Part shown: piece by piece, positions 25,651 to 37,972 of the stretch | How the letters are laid out: each line of letters starts with the position of its first letter | Position numbering within the stretch: the stretch's first letter is position 1 | Assembly: GCA_905178155.1 (NCBI GenBank) | Contig: CAJINV010000017.1 | Span: 1,534,269-1,598,268, forward strand | Length of the DNA: 64,000 bases | Origin: Amoebophrya sp. A120 | Lineage: Eukaryota > Protista > Dinoflagellata | Reading direction: 5' to 3' | The notes under the pieces: generated by a model | Seen by the model: only the letters and a program-made list of their open reading frames with translations | Told to the model about the DNA's origin: nothing | The model's database searches: none | Translations under genes and position numbers: made by a program

Positions 25651-27432
25651 GAATAGCGAGAACAAAGGGGATACTAAGGAGCGGCGGGCGAACAGGACAA
25701 GTGATGCGAGATAGCAGACGTAGACGATGATCGTCTACTACGTGAAGATCGTCCAAAAAGTGGTTTCCTTGCGCTTCGTCCTCCACAAAAACAAAAAGTG
25801 TGCGCCGAGCAAGGCATTAAACATGCAAAGGCCGCTTCGCGACTACAGCGCAGAGAGCTTCGATGCTGGCACCGAAACATGATTACCAGCAGTCTAGCAC
25901 ATGTTCATTCGCAGTCTCTCGAAAGACGAAGATCTCCCGTCTAAGTAGCAGGCCAGCTACGATTTTCATCGCATCTTCGTTCACCAGCAAGAAAAAGTTC
26001 GAGCGTACTCCTCCCCAGCTGTGAGAGCTCCTGAACGCAGAATTTAGCTGCGGGTTGGGGATAAAGCGCGCGTTTGATGTCTTCTGTGCAGTCGGGCGAA
26101 CGGATTTGTGGAACGAAGATAAGGCCGAAGATGCTACCTGTTTCGAGTCGGCCGTTTTTTTATGGCCGAAGCACCAAAAACAAAAAATCTAAAGAAAGCC
26201 CGAGCTTTCGCTGTCCACCAGTTCTTCCAACGACAGCTCCTCCGAAAGAGCAGCGGCAGACAAGTAGGTTGACGAGCTGCAACAAATGCAATACGTACAG
26301 TAATGGGCGGAAAGCTCGCTGAGCTCCACCGTTAAGACGACGTCGGTGCGAAAACATACTCCCGACGATGGTGGTGGTAAAACCACAGAAATTTTCCAGA
26401 CAACGGCGCGTCACAAGGAAAGATGGCGCTCCTGTCGCATCTTCGAATGAATTTAGATCTCGTTGAGAAGCAATGATTTCGGTGCAGCCTTCACCCATTT
26501 ATTTCGAAGAAATGCTGGTAAAATCAATTCGCAATGACTGCCCCCCACAAGGGAGGTTCATTCTCGTTCTGGAAACAAGTTGAAGAACCAAGGAAATTTT
26601 CAAAAAGAAAAAAGACGAGGATCCACAAGCAGCACTGCTGCGTTGAGGTCGTGAAGGAAAGGCAAAGCCCGCGGGTCAATGCGTGTGTTGCGCACATGAT
26701 GGATTTCGTGCAAACGGTCGTGAGATCAGAATGATATGAAAATCGGTTGCTTACCGATTGAATGTCTACTGGATTCGTTGGCGTTGCTCTGTTTGATTAT
26801 CCTATCGAAATCCAAGTCGGTGGGGTCTGTGTGTGTTTTGGATGCCGTGAGGACATCGTGACTCTAAAGGTTTCGTGTTTTTTTTTCAAATATCGCCCTG
26901 TCCAGCAGTGGAGGAGGTCAAACTCAAGCTATTGATCTGGTTTACTTTGGCAAGATTTAAAGATGACGCGTGTCGTGAGTCTAAAGCGAGAGCGACAGAT
27001 AGATCCATCAGAGGTCCTGCAGAAAGAAGTTGTTCTTGGCCTATAAATATCTTCGAGAAATTACGACTGCAGTTTGCTCGATCTGAGAATCGCACAGCAC
27101 ATGACCCAACATGGTATCGATAAAGGTTCAGAGTGTCAATGAGTGTGTTGCAGTAGATGATCCGAAATCTAAATCTGCAATCTGTTGCGACGATCATTTT
27201 TGAAAAGTGCCTAGTGTTTGCGATCTGTGAATTCCTAGAAGAGATCGATCAGCAAATCGGATCAACGATCTGTTCTTGTTGAGCAAAATTAACTAGATGC
27301 CGCATGTATGTACGACTATTCACGACCCTGAAACTCATCGCAATTTCTTTCTCACCACTCCAGGGACAACTAAAGAACACTGGACACTATCGTCCTGGTA
27401 AGCTCGATATCCTCCAAAAAACAAAAGACAAA

Positions 27433-28114
27433 ATGGCTGAAAAGGACGTGAAGACTATGGAGGTCGAGGAGGAGACCCTCCACAAGATCCGCATCACCCT
27501 GACCTCCCGCAACGTCAAGTCTCTGGAAAAGGTCTGCGCGGACCTCATCGAAGGCGCCAAGCAGAAGGAGCTCGTGTGCAAGGGTAAAGACGAGGAGTTT
27601 TTATTTTTTGCTTTCACTATTGGTTTCTGGGTTTAGGGTTTCTAAAAAACATATTTTTTCCCGAAGTCGTGTGACGCCGACGAGGGAGTGTTTGCAAGTA
27701 GAGAGACGAGGAGAGATTTAGATGGATCTTTATGATGTACGTAGTCCTTGTGCGTGTGCCTATTGCTGGGGATTTAAATTTCCCCGCGAGAGAGAGAAGT
27801 TTTGGCTTAGCTAGGGCATTTCCTTCCAATATGGATCTCTGTCTTTACAGAATATCAAAGAATCAGCATTACCGCAACATCCATTTCCACAATCTACTCA
27901 ATCCCCAGGTCCGGTCCGCCTGCCGACCAAGCGCCTGCGCATCTGCACCCGTAAGGCCCCGAACGGTGAGGGTACCAACACCTACGACAAATTCGAGATG
28001 CGCATCCACAAGCGCCTGATCGACTTGCACTCCCCGTCCGACGTCGTCAAGCAGATCACCTCCATCCACATCGAGCCGGGTGTCGAGGTTGAGGTCACCA
28101 TCAACGATGCTTAA
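27433..28114 (+). CDS. RPS20: 40S ribosomal protein S20 (uS10); GT-AG intron 27584-27908
   Basis: [24 protein letters not shown]...[66 protein letters not shown]. Confidence 0.98.
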
Positions 28115-28816
28115 GAAGCTTGTGTGTGGTGAAAACCATATGTAGAGAAGATTTTGTCGCTTCTGCTTCAAAATTTAGACCGGCATGGGGTTGTTACCAT
28201 CATCGAGAATGTCGCATGTTGAGAGGATACAGTTCGAGCTAGGACGCTTCTAAGATTTAGAACACTTGAGTCCAGTGGAGTGAACAAAAGAAAACGCAGG
28301 AGTGGGTTTCTGCTGTGGTCAGTTCAACAATTGTGAACGGATTTAGATTTGTGTTCGAGCCGCGGACCAAAGCGCTTTCGTTTCAGAGGTTGTCACGGTG
28401 TGACATATCAAAATGGAATCAAAGACAAAGTGCGCTTTTTTGTCGTTGTGCGGGTTCGTTATTTTAGATATGAGTTGTCCGCCGTGACGGTCATGTCAGC
28501 CGTGACGGCGATGCTCTCTCTGGTTTTGGTAGTTGAAGTAGTTGTGCAGCGGAGATGAAGTAGAAGAAGAAGTTCATGTCATCACGCACGGAAGGCTTCT
28601 CATAAGTCCAAATACAGCGATGGTTGCCATGGAGATAGAAAGAACAGTGAGGGATGAATGAAAGGTGAAATGTCATCTTCAGTTTGCGTTGAACTTTGGT
28701 GTTACGAGACGAGTCGTTGCCTTCATTTTTTCTGGTCTGGCAAAGTCAAAGTAGAGTAGTGGTTGAGTCTCCCCCCCGAGCAATAGTAGTGTTGCTGCGA
28801 AACCAAAGACTACATC

Positions 28817-30117
28817 ATGTCGTCGACCGTCGAGCAACAAATTTCCAAGCGCCTTGACCAAGCGCACTTCGTGTCGACGTGCTACCTTGCAACAGTCGGT
28901 GTGGATAGGAATACCGCGATTCTCGACCTGAAGACGTTCTTTGATAAGAACCTAAAGGCGAAGAAGCTCGAGGCGTGTTACGGAATTAGTCGCGAATTTT
29001 CTGGTGCAGCAGGGGGGGCTCCTGCATCTTCAGCTTCTGGTGACCAAACAACAGAGAACATGCGCGCATTCGGGTTGACTTTCACACTGAAAGAGCTCGA
29101 GGAAAAGAAAGCGGCGACGAAAGACCTGCAGCCGGTGATGTTTGCTATAGCCAAAGAAAAGTTTGTGAAGAAGCTGAAGGTAAAGATCGTTCTCGTGGTG
29201 GTTGAAGTATATTCATGAACGTCATGTGGCACTGTGCGAATTCGTTTTTTTTGTATTAATCAGATCATGTCGTGCGTCGTTCTTGATGCTTAAAATCGAC
29301 GAGGCGCTATTGTGACACCCCACAGACGTGAAATTTTTCTCAGGCCGACATCGCAGATGAATGGGCCATGATGGTGAAGAAGGTCAAGTTAGAAGACTTC
29401 GCAAAGCTCGGTTACTCCGCTGCGGGCCCGTCGCGGCCAAGAAATCAGCCTCCCGTCTCTTTTTCCGAACTTGGTGGAGGAGGAACTTTACCCGCAAAGC
29501 CAACAGCCATCTCTGGAGCAGCTGCTCCGAACGCGGCTGCAACAGGACTGTCTCAATCTTCCTCGGTCCAGAAGCTCGCGGATTCGGTCGGTGGGCAAAA
29601 TAGCGGAAACAAGAATTTTTCTGCGGACATGTCAATGAATCCGTCGACTTCCAACAAGCGCACGTTCGAGGAAGCTTTTGTGAAGCAGCAATCCTCTTCG
29701 AACCTTCTAAGTTCCGTTCCGACACCAAATCAGAAAGACACCAGCAAGCAGAACCTACCTTCGATGTTTTCCACCATGGCAAGTCAATCCACGTCAAACA
29801 ATAAGCCATGGTCTCCCCCTAAAGGAACGGCTGCGGCGAATGGAAATAATGGTAGCAGTACTTCTGGCGGCGCAGGAGGAGCATCTGTAGCTACGGCAAC
29901 TGCCTCCGGTAGTGGCACCACTTCGTCTTCGGGTGCGGTACCATCCGCACCGGCTTCAAATAAAGCGGGTGGGTTGACCGAGGAGCAGAAGGCGCGGATC
30001 GCGAAAAACAGGGAGGAAGCGTTAAGGAGGAAAGCGCTGAAACAACAGGCGGCAGCGGGGGGTGGAGCCGTCAGTGGTGCTGGAGCAGTTGCTGGTGTTG
30101 TGGCGCAAGGGTCATGA
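28817..30117 (+). CDS. Uncharacterised protein with a C-terminal RPA32C-binding-like helix; GT-AG intron 29180-29343
   Basis: Two ORFs joined in frame by canonical splice sites. LTEEQKARIAKNREEALRRK resembles the UNG2/SMARCAL1/TIPIN motif. Confidence 0.65.
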
Positions 30118-30727
30118 AAAAGCAGCGCTTTTTAGTGCCTTCTCATATGGGGCAGCAATGGTCCTCTCTTGAGCGACTCAGTATTCCAAAGGAGAGGACG
30201 ATGGACATGAAAATAGTACATGTCCTTGTACTCACGCGCAGGTATTGAAAGCCAAACGCAGACTGACCGAAGTCAGTTGCTCCAGTTGTCGAACGGCGTC
30301 GTCGTGCTTTCGTTGTTACACCGTGGCTGTACTGGTTCACACACAGGTAGGTACTACTTGACAAACCGTTGGAGAGAGCCAGTAGCCCCGTTGGCGAACA
30401 AGAGCAGCGACCGAGATGATCTCTTCTTGCGTTTTTCCGAGCTGCGATAATTCTATTGTGTATGTATGGCAATGAGGGCTACATGCAAGGTCGAGCCGCG
30501 CTTTAGTGCAGTTCTTGGGAGAGTCTATTTTTAGTGAAGAAGTAGGAGAGCATAGCGATAGCTGTAGTGCTGTCGTTGTTATCACTTCGCGACACGAAGA
30601 TCTATCGTCAACACGCCAGCACTTGTTTTCGAAAATAAGAAGTTAGAGCAAATTGATTAAGGTCTGCACCATCGTTGCTGATCGTCAACGTCTGTCAAAT
30701 CCTGTATAAAACAAAGAGCGAAAGAAG

Positions 30728-33700
30728 ATGGTGCGGGTCTTGCTATCGAACTCGAGGAGGTTCCGTGCCTTGCAGCTCCACCTCTCACGACGACTACCTT
30801 TTCGTCCCTTCGCCTCCGCAGCGACAACCCGACGTCGTCCTTACTACTACAACCAGTCTAGCTCTTCGCCTCGCGGCACTGATGGAGCTTCATCAACATC
30901 CACCGAACACTACCAGTCTCGGTCCTACTACCGCAGAGGCGGGAACAGTTACGGCTATTACGGCAACAAATCCTCATCTTCCTCCCGACCTACCTCCGCG
31001 GCCAACAAAGCGGCTAAAAAGTACAACCAAAACGCATCCGATTTTGGGTTGGACATCCTGTCCCCAGACCCGTCCGTGACGCAGGTGGACTTGGCGAGGC
31101 CGAGCGGGGTGGCGCGGCAGCTGATCAACTATTGGAAGCGCAGAGCGCTGGCAGAGCAAGAGGAGGGGTGTAAGACGCGGGCAAGCAGAAATTTACCGGA
31201 AATCGAGACGGAAGAGGTGAAGCAACGGGTGATCAGCTTTTCTTCCACTACCGCGGCGACTGCAGCGGCTTCCTCATCTGGTGGTGCAGTAGAGGATGCC
31301 GGTCGCGCACCAGGAAACGATACTTCGAGCCAACCGCTTCAGTGGCTAATCCGTGAGCCATGTGTGATTCACGAACAGAATCGGAAATTGGAAGGTAGTG
31401 CGGAAGGAAGTGGCAACGAGAATATTTTCGTCATTCAAGACGCGGGGAACGAGGTTGAGATCAAGATTCCACCAGCCGGCACTACAGGTTGTAACCACGA
31501 CAGTGATAGTGGCGGGAACATCAACCCGGAAAAGATGACAAAGTCGTCCGAGACGACTACATCCCTTTCCATGGAGTGGCCGTTCCCGCAAATTTACGAG
31601 TGCCAGCAGCAGCTTTCCCTCGCCTCAGTGAAGGCGATTCTGAACAAACAGCACGCGTTCATCGAGACGCCCTCCGGCACGGGAAAGACCGCTGCGCTGC
31701 TCTGCTCCGCGCTCGCCGCGCAGCGGCACCTGGCGATGAAGTACGGCGCGGCGCCGCAGATCGTGTATGGGACCCGGACGCACGCGCAAATCCGACAGAT
31801 CGTCGACACTTTGAAGCAAACCCCGTATCGCAACGTCGCCGTCCAGTGCGTGGGGGCGAGGACGAACGCGAAATTGTGCGCAAACCCGAAGATTCGTTCG
31901 CAAGCCGGGGCGGTGCTTGAGTGTCGCGATGCGGTGCGGAATTACTGGCAAAACGGCTTAAAGGCGGAGGAACGGAAAAATTTGGCCGATGAATTCAAAC
32001 AAGTTTTGAAAACCGCATCCAGTTCTTGCAGTGGCGGGGGGGAAAATTTTTCTTCCTGTGGTAGAGCAGCTGGTGCCATACCAAAAACGACAACAGCAGA
32101 AGATCATCAACAGCAATCCACGATCGACAGCCGGTACATGTGCTCCCGCTTGCACAACATGCTGGACCCGCAATTCGTCCCAAAAGCCTACGATGAGCTG
32201 AGAAATCAAGGTCCCCTGAATCTCGAGGAAGTCGGGGAGAAAATCCAGAATCTCGGTGGTTGTCCGTACTTTCTCTCCAGAGCAAGTTTGTACGATGCGG
32301 ACATTGTGATCCTTCCCTACGCGTACATCATGGACCCGCAGGTCCGGGACGCGACGTTTCCGCTGGATGCCAGAGAATTCCTGAAAGACAAGATTTTGAT
32401 CCTCGACGAGGCGCACAACGTGGACGGGTACTGCCGCGAAGCGTGCAGTTTCGACTGCAGCTTGGACAAACTGGAGGAGTTCGAGGAGGCTTTGCGCTCG
32501 ATCAGAACCGGAACAAAGTACGACACGGAGGATTTGAGGAAGGCAAGTAGTGCTGTAGCAAGTGCAGTAGGTGGAAATGATGGTGAAAATCAAAATGGAA
32601 ATTGTGCAGCTGGAGTGGCCTCATCTACAACTTCTTCTTACGACCAGAATCTTGTCCAGGAACTACTGAGCTCCGACGAGCAGGGTGACGTGCGGGACTG
32701 GGGATTCGCGACCTGTTACATGCGCGCGGTGTTGCTGAGACTGGCCGACTGCATGCAGAAATGGGCACTGGAGGCACAAGCGTTGCAAATGCAGAGTGGA
32801 GCGGCGGTGGGGACAAGAAGCTACGGATCATCTTCCGGTGCTGGTGCACCAGGGAAAAAAACGTCCTCTCCTTTCGCCGACGGTTTGAGTGTCGGTCAGG
32901 CCGGGACGAGACGGGAGCTGCGAAGTTGGGCGGTGTATAACGACGATGACAGTCAGAATCAGTACCAAGCATCAAAGCGGTTTGGTAAAAGTAAAAAATC
33001 TGAGTCCGGTGGTACCGACCCCCGTCTCGCGAAGCCGATGAGTTCGTTCTTGCAAGAACTCGCAACGGCTCTGTACAACGACGACGCGAAACTGCTGCCA
33101 CAGTTCATTGACAAGCAGCTGATACCCATGCTCACCTACGGGATCGCGGGGAGGGTTCGGGAACTGCAACGCGAACAGCGCAGCTCGACGCAAAATCAAA
33201 CGTTTTTTGACGAGTTGGAGGAAGCAAGACTGACGCACACGGTGCGGGAACTGCAGGATTTGTTCTCGCGATTGAAATTCGTGTTTGAAAACTCTGACGA
33301 TTTTTCGGTTGGCGTGTCGGTGAACCGGAAGCAAGACGCGGGTATTGACGGGATCGGCAGCGGTGCAGCAGCAGGCGCGAATGTCCACTTAGACTTCCAC
33401 CTCTTGAATGCGACGAAAGTTTTGGACTCCACTTTCGAGCCGACGCACAGTGTGTTGCTCAGCAGCGGCACACTCTGTACCGAACTAGGAAACGACTTTT
33501 CGCAGCGCCAGGTGCAGGGGAGCTATCTTCCTGCGGAGAAAAGTAGCGATGCAGTTGTAAAAAGCACGACGAACCGCAAATCTCTTAAATCGGCCCCAGC
33601 TACGGTTCCCTTAAGTCCGCTCCGCACAAATCACGTGATCACGAAGGAACAATTGTTGGTGCAGAAAGTGCCCTGTCTCATCGATGGAAGCCGTTTCACC

Positions 33701-34510
33701 ACCGATTTTCAAGCGATGCGGAAAAATAACGACAGCAGTACTAAAAAAGCTAGCGATCAGGTAGCACGATCCAGCACTCAATCCCTTTTCAGCAACTGGA
33801 ACCAGGACACCTTGATCGCTTTGGGTAATTCGGTGCTGCAACTCGCGGCCAAAATCCCGGGCGGCGTTCTGGTCTTCTTCCCGAGCTACAAGATGCTGAA
33901 AGAGTGCAGTTCCTGTTGGAAGCGGCACGAGATTTGGGAGGAGATAGAGAAAGCAAAGAGCTGTAAAATCCTGAAAGAAACGGAAAAAGTAGATATTGAC
34001 AAACTCCGGGATGAACACAACAAAGCCGTCGACGAGAACGGTAGCTCCCTGCTGTTCGGCGTGATGCGGGGGAAGTGCAGTGAAGGAATTTCCTACAACG
34101 ATAGCTACGCGCGGGGGGTGATCTTACTCGGGATCCCCTACCCAACGGTGAACGCGGCGGACGTTTTCCACAAACGGGCGTACAACACGTTCCAGAGTAG
34201 TAATAGCAAGAAAACAAACAAGTTAGCTACAACAGCCACGTACGACAACATGAACGCGCTCTCGCAAGAACTGCTGGACGGCAACGCGTGGTACCGGCAG
34301 GAAGCGTTCACGGCGGTCAACCAAGCTTTGGGCAGGTGTATTCGGCATCAGGAGGACTATGGAGCGGTGTTTTTGTTGGATGCGAGGTGGGAGCTTCACG
34401 AGCAGGAATTGCCAGCCTGGGTGAAGGAGCTGGAGTGTGTCAGAAGGTATGACGGGAACTGGAAAAAAATGCTGGCGAATGTGGGGAAGTTTTTCGCGGG
34501 GAAGCAGTAA
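30728..34510 (+). CDS. XPD/RAD3/DinG-family Fe-S DNA helicase (FANCJ/RTEL1-like), intronless
   Basis: Q motif WPFPQIYECQ, Walker A ETPSGTGKT, YGTRTHAQI, Fe-S cysteines (LCAN, ECRD, MCSR, GCPYF), ILDEAHN, LSSGTL, LVFFPSY, GKCSEGI, GIPYP, AVNQALGRCIRHQEDYG. Confidence 0.95.
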   Translation: MVRVLLSNSRRFRALQLHLSRRLPFRPFASAATTRRRPYYYNQSSSSPRGTDGASSTSTEHYQSRSYYRRGGNSYGYYGNKSSSSSRPTSAANKAAKKYNQNASDFGLDILSPDPSVTQVDLARPSGVARQLINYWKRRALAEQEEGCKTRASRNLPEIETEEVKQRVISFSSTTAATAAASSSGGAVEDAGRAPGNDTSSQPLQWLIREPCVIHEQNRKLEGSAEGSGNENIFVIQDAGNEVEIKIPPAGTTGCNHDSDSGGNINPEKMTKSSETTTSLSMEWPFPQIYECQQQLSLASVKAILNKQHAFIETPSGTGKTAALLCSALAAQRHLAMKYGAAPQIVYGTRTHAQIRQIVDTLKQTPYRNVAVQCVGARTNAKLCANPKIRSQAGAVLECRDAVRNYWQNGLKAEERKNLADEFKQVLKTASSSCSGGGENFSSCGRAAGAIPKTTTAEDHQQQSTIDSRYMCSRLHNMLDPQFVPKAYDELRNQGPLNLEEVGEKIQNLGGCPYFLSRASLYDADIVILPYAYIMDPQVRDATFPLDAREFLKDKILILDEAHNVDGYCREACSFDCSLDKLEEFEEALRSIRTGTKYDTEDLRKASSAVASAVGGNDGENQNGNCAAGVASSTTSSYDQNLVQELLSSDEQGDVRDWGFATCYMRAVLLRLADCMQKWALEAQALQMQSGAAVGTRSYGSSSGAGAPGKKTSSPFADGLSVGQAGTRRELRSWAVYNDDDSQNQYQASKRFGKSKKSESGGTDPRLAKPMSSFLQELATALYNDDAKLLPQFIDKQLIPMLTYGIAGRVRELQREQRSSTQNQTFFDELEEARLTHTVRELQDLFSRLKFVFENSDDFSVGVSVNRKQDAGIDGIGSGAAAGANVHLDFHLLNATKVLDSTFEPTHSVLLSSGTLCTELGNDFSQRQVQGSYLPAEKSSDAVVKSTTNRKSLKSAPATVPLSPLRTNHVITKEQLLVQKVPCLIDGSRFTTDFQAMRKNNDSSTKKASDQVARSSTQSLFSNWNQDTLIALGNSVLQLAAKIPGGVLVFFPSYKMLKECSSCWKRHEIWEEIEKAKSCKILKETEKVDIDKLRDEHNKAVDENGSSLLFGVMRGKCSEGISYNDSYARGVILLGIPYPTVNAADVFHKRAYNTFQSSNSKKTNKLATTATYDNMNALSQELLDGNAWYRQEAFTAVNQALGRCIRHQEDYGAVFLLDARWELHEQELPAWVKELECVRRYDGNWKKMLANVGKFFAGKQ

Positions 34511-35470
34511 AATCAAAGCAGCTGCGAAAGGGTTTTTGGAGCTTGATCCGTCTTCATCATGAAAGTGTTATTTTTACGGAGCCGTTGCCGCAGTATGCGC
34601 CGCTTTGAACTCGGGCTGCGGTAGCCAATACTTCCAAGAATGAAACAGCAAGACGCGAAGGATAGCAAAGCCAAGGCTCAGTTTCTGTTTTTAAAGTCGT
34701 GCTCTGCGGATATGGACAGCAGCAGCGCGAGACGACATCTATCCTCAAGCTGCGCCTTCACGTTTTCAAATTTCCTGCTTCAAGGGCGATTTCTTGACTT
34801 TGCGGGCCGCCATCGCAGCCGGCGCCTATTATTTCAGCATCCCTGAAGGAACTACAGCTTTTCATTTTGGCCGTACTGGTTTCATTTCTGTAGTTTGCGG
34901 TAAACAATACAACCATGCTTTTTCACTTAATCTGTCCATTTTTGTTTTGCGAAACGTAAGTACTTAGAAGATTTTTGATTTCTCACGTATCATCAGATTC
35001 TCATCATAACTACGAGAAGTGCCAATGGAATGAGAAAAGAAGCATGCGAATCAAGAAGGTGGTGCTTCCGCAGTTGGCAACATCGAATGGCAGCGGTTTT
35101 GTTTCGACCATAGGTGGAGAGCCGTCGTGACACAGCAAGACTCAACCATCAAACAGCACGAATATCTGTCGTTCTAGTGGGATTTTCGTATTGGAAATGT
35201 GGGCGTCATCTACACCAGAGTCAGATAATATACACAGGCTGGCTTTCATTCTTCCCTTGCTCCATCAACTCATTTTTTTTTTCTACAACGAACAGGAGCA
35301 GCTAGTTGATTGTAAAAATAACGGGAGTTGCTATCACCCAAGGTGGTATCGTTGTCGTATTTCATCTTTGGCATAGAGAGACCACAAAACAGCGTCAGAG
35401 GCGGGAAAACATTACAAACAGTTGAAAATAGAAGAAGAACAGAGCTCTTGTCCCAGGCAGAGCAGCTAGG

Positions 35471-37156
35471 ATGGATGATGTCAGCCGTTCTTCGGCATTG
35501 CCGGAGCAAGGAGACCACGGACAACACCCTGCAGCACCAGGTAACGGCAGTCCGCGGAGCAACAAGCGGCTTCGACGGCAACACTCGGACCAACCTGTTA
35601 TACAGCATGTAGTCGACGCTGCGCAGCAAAGCAGTGCAAGACTATTTGATCCGGCAGCCGCATCTATGCGGAGTGAGTTTGAACAGATCCTCCTCGCAGA
35701 GGTCCGCGACGGGAAGGACCTAGCGGTTGCCACGTTTGACCTGACGAGGAAGCATTTGCATTCAACAGCCGCGATTCTTGACAATATCAAAGAAGCAATT
35801 CAGAATGTGAACAATCAGCACGCGGCATCATCACAACTATCATCCCCTCTGCATGTAGCCGACGTAGAAATGGGAGCAAGTGTCTTCACTGGCAACGACT
35901 CGCAGCCCGCATCGAAAAACAGCCGACGCTCGATGTCAATCAGCCCTCCGCGCGGAAGTGCGACGCCCCCGGCAGCTGGATCTTCTGTCCTACCGCCACC
36001 GAGCGACATTCAATCGCTCGCTGGATCGCTATCAACCGCAAATCAAGTATCGCACTCGTACTAGTTCAGCATGGTAGGTCCATCTGTTTACTCACCTGCT
36101 AATTCTGAATTAGTTTGCAGAGTGCTGAATAGCATTCAGCGCTCTGCAAAATTTTTCGATTCCGTCCCGGACGAAATCCGCTGCAAAAATTTGTCCTGCG
36201 ATTCTCACTAGTGCGATGGGACGAGATTATTTTTGCACTGCATAATTGCAACACGCCTACAACAGCCAGTCCACATCGTCGAGCCAGCCCCTGGAGCTGT
36301 GCCAAGATGGTGCTCTAGTAGACCCGCCGTCCTACTACACCAATAGCAGGAACCGAGCCGCAAAGCTGAAGGCCTTTGCCGACGCGAAGAATTTGGCGCA
36401 GCAGCTCTATGCGCGCGCCAAAGCCGACAACATCTGGTATAGTATAATGTGCACGACTGAAACTGATGGCATTTTCCGCCTTGATGTTTTATGTGTGTCG
36501 TTCGTAGAAGTTCATCTTTTTTCGCGCAAAAATGCAGACCCTTCGTGATGAGACCCCCCACAGTATCAGTACTCAGAAGATAGTGCGCTCCTCTACTTTG
36601 TTGAATCAGCATGATGAAGAGCAAACCTATCAGGTTTCATTTTGTGAAGAACGAGGCGCGCGAAGGCGGGCTGTGCCACAGCGACCAGCTCAAAGTTCCG
36701 GACTCGGAGGAAGACAAGTCAGTCCTTGCAGCCATCGAGCAAGTGGCGACGGAGCAGGCGGACCGCGAAACCGGCAAGGATTTTTCCTACGACAAAGACT
36801 TCTACGGATCGCTTGGTCTCTTTGCAAATGCTGGGAAGCACATCGACGACTGCCGCACGGAGTGGCCGACAGACGAAGCCGGGCGCTTCGTGGAGCGGAG
36901 AGTGCGGGTGTACCAAAAGCAGCGCGAGGTCTTGAAGAACTACGCGAAAAGGTACCACGGTGGGGACTGGACGCCGACGCATTTCGAGCTAGACAACTGC
37001 GGCAATCACGTGGCGCATTGGCTAGTGCACCGCTACACGACCTTCCCCACGGTCTGCGACAAATTGAAAACGCACGGAAATTCCTTGGTACAGGCGGAGA
37101 AGGATAAAGAGAAGCAAGGACAAGTCGACGCGCTGCTTCAGGTTATTCCTCTTTGA
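35471..37156 (+). CDS. Hypothetical multi-exon protein; boundaries approximate
   Basis: Three consecutive + ORFs (35471-, 36246-, 36611-). The second junction is GT-AG and gives DNIW-FHFVKN. No family recognised. Confidence 0.5.
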
Positions 37157-37821
37157 TGACTTCTTGGCTTATTGTGCGCGTGCTGTAAAATTTGGATAGG
37201 AGGAGCAGGAAAGTGCACAGATGATCATGGAGCCAGATGCATCAACTACAACCCATCCCTTCCGTTGAAGTTGAAGATGCTCGAATGCGAAAGGGTAAAA
37301 ATGCCTACAATCAGGTGGACAAAAACGGGAACAGCAAGCTCCACAGAGCAATTTTCCAGGGCGACGTGACGAGGGCGAAGCGGTTACAGCTTGGACGGCC
37401 GTTAGAAATCATCTTGGCGAATTTCTTGCGAATTTATAGGGGAAAGACCCGCAGCGCGGCCTGGGCATTGGTGTCGGGCTTGGGATTCTGCGTTGCCAAC
37501 GCATCTATGACGCCCCGCTCGTATTCCGCGTCTTTTTGGTGTCCCGACGAGGAGGGGCAAAACCAGCAAAATCTTTCCGCGCCGGGCGCCTTGGTCTGTG
37601 CCCGAGTTTTGGGCCCAGTGGCTGCACTAATGTGCCCCACCTAGGAGCACCATCGCGCCACACCGGGAACAGAGCTCGCGCGCGATGGACAGGGAGGGCA
37701 TCAATTGCACCCCCTTCCCCCTGAGTTGTCCTCGAATGCCAAGAGTTTTGCTCTTGCGACAGGTGGGCACAAATCTGTGCATTTTGGAACACAAGGCCTC
37801 GGGACTTGGTCTACAGATTTT

Positions 37822-37972
37822 GCCTCTGCGAATTTAGAAAAGTGGCCCTCGCGAATTTCGCGCGAATTTAGAAAAGTGGCCCTCGCGAATTTCGAAAGCC
37901 CGACCTGAAATTGCGTTTTTTTCTAAATTCGCGCGAAATTCGCGAGGGCCACTTTTCTAAATTCGCAGAGGC
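37822..37972. repeat. Inverted repeat with arms of about 54 bp built from GCGAATTT motifs
   Basis: gcctctgcgaatttagaaaagtggccctcgcgaatttcgcgcgaatttagaaaa (37822-37875) is the reverse complement of 37919-37972. Confidence 0.85.

Noticed and set aside
27584-27908. Intronic snoRNA in RPS20
   Set aside because: No convincing C/D (RUGAUGA...CUGA) or H/ACA arrangement was seen.
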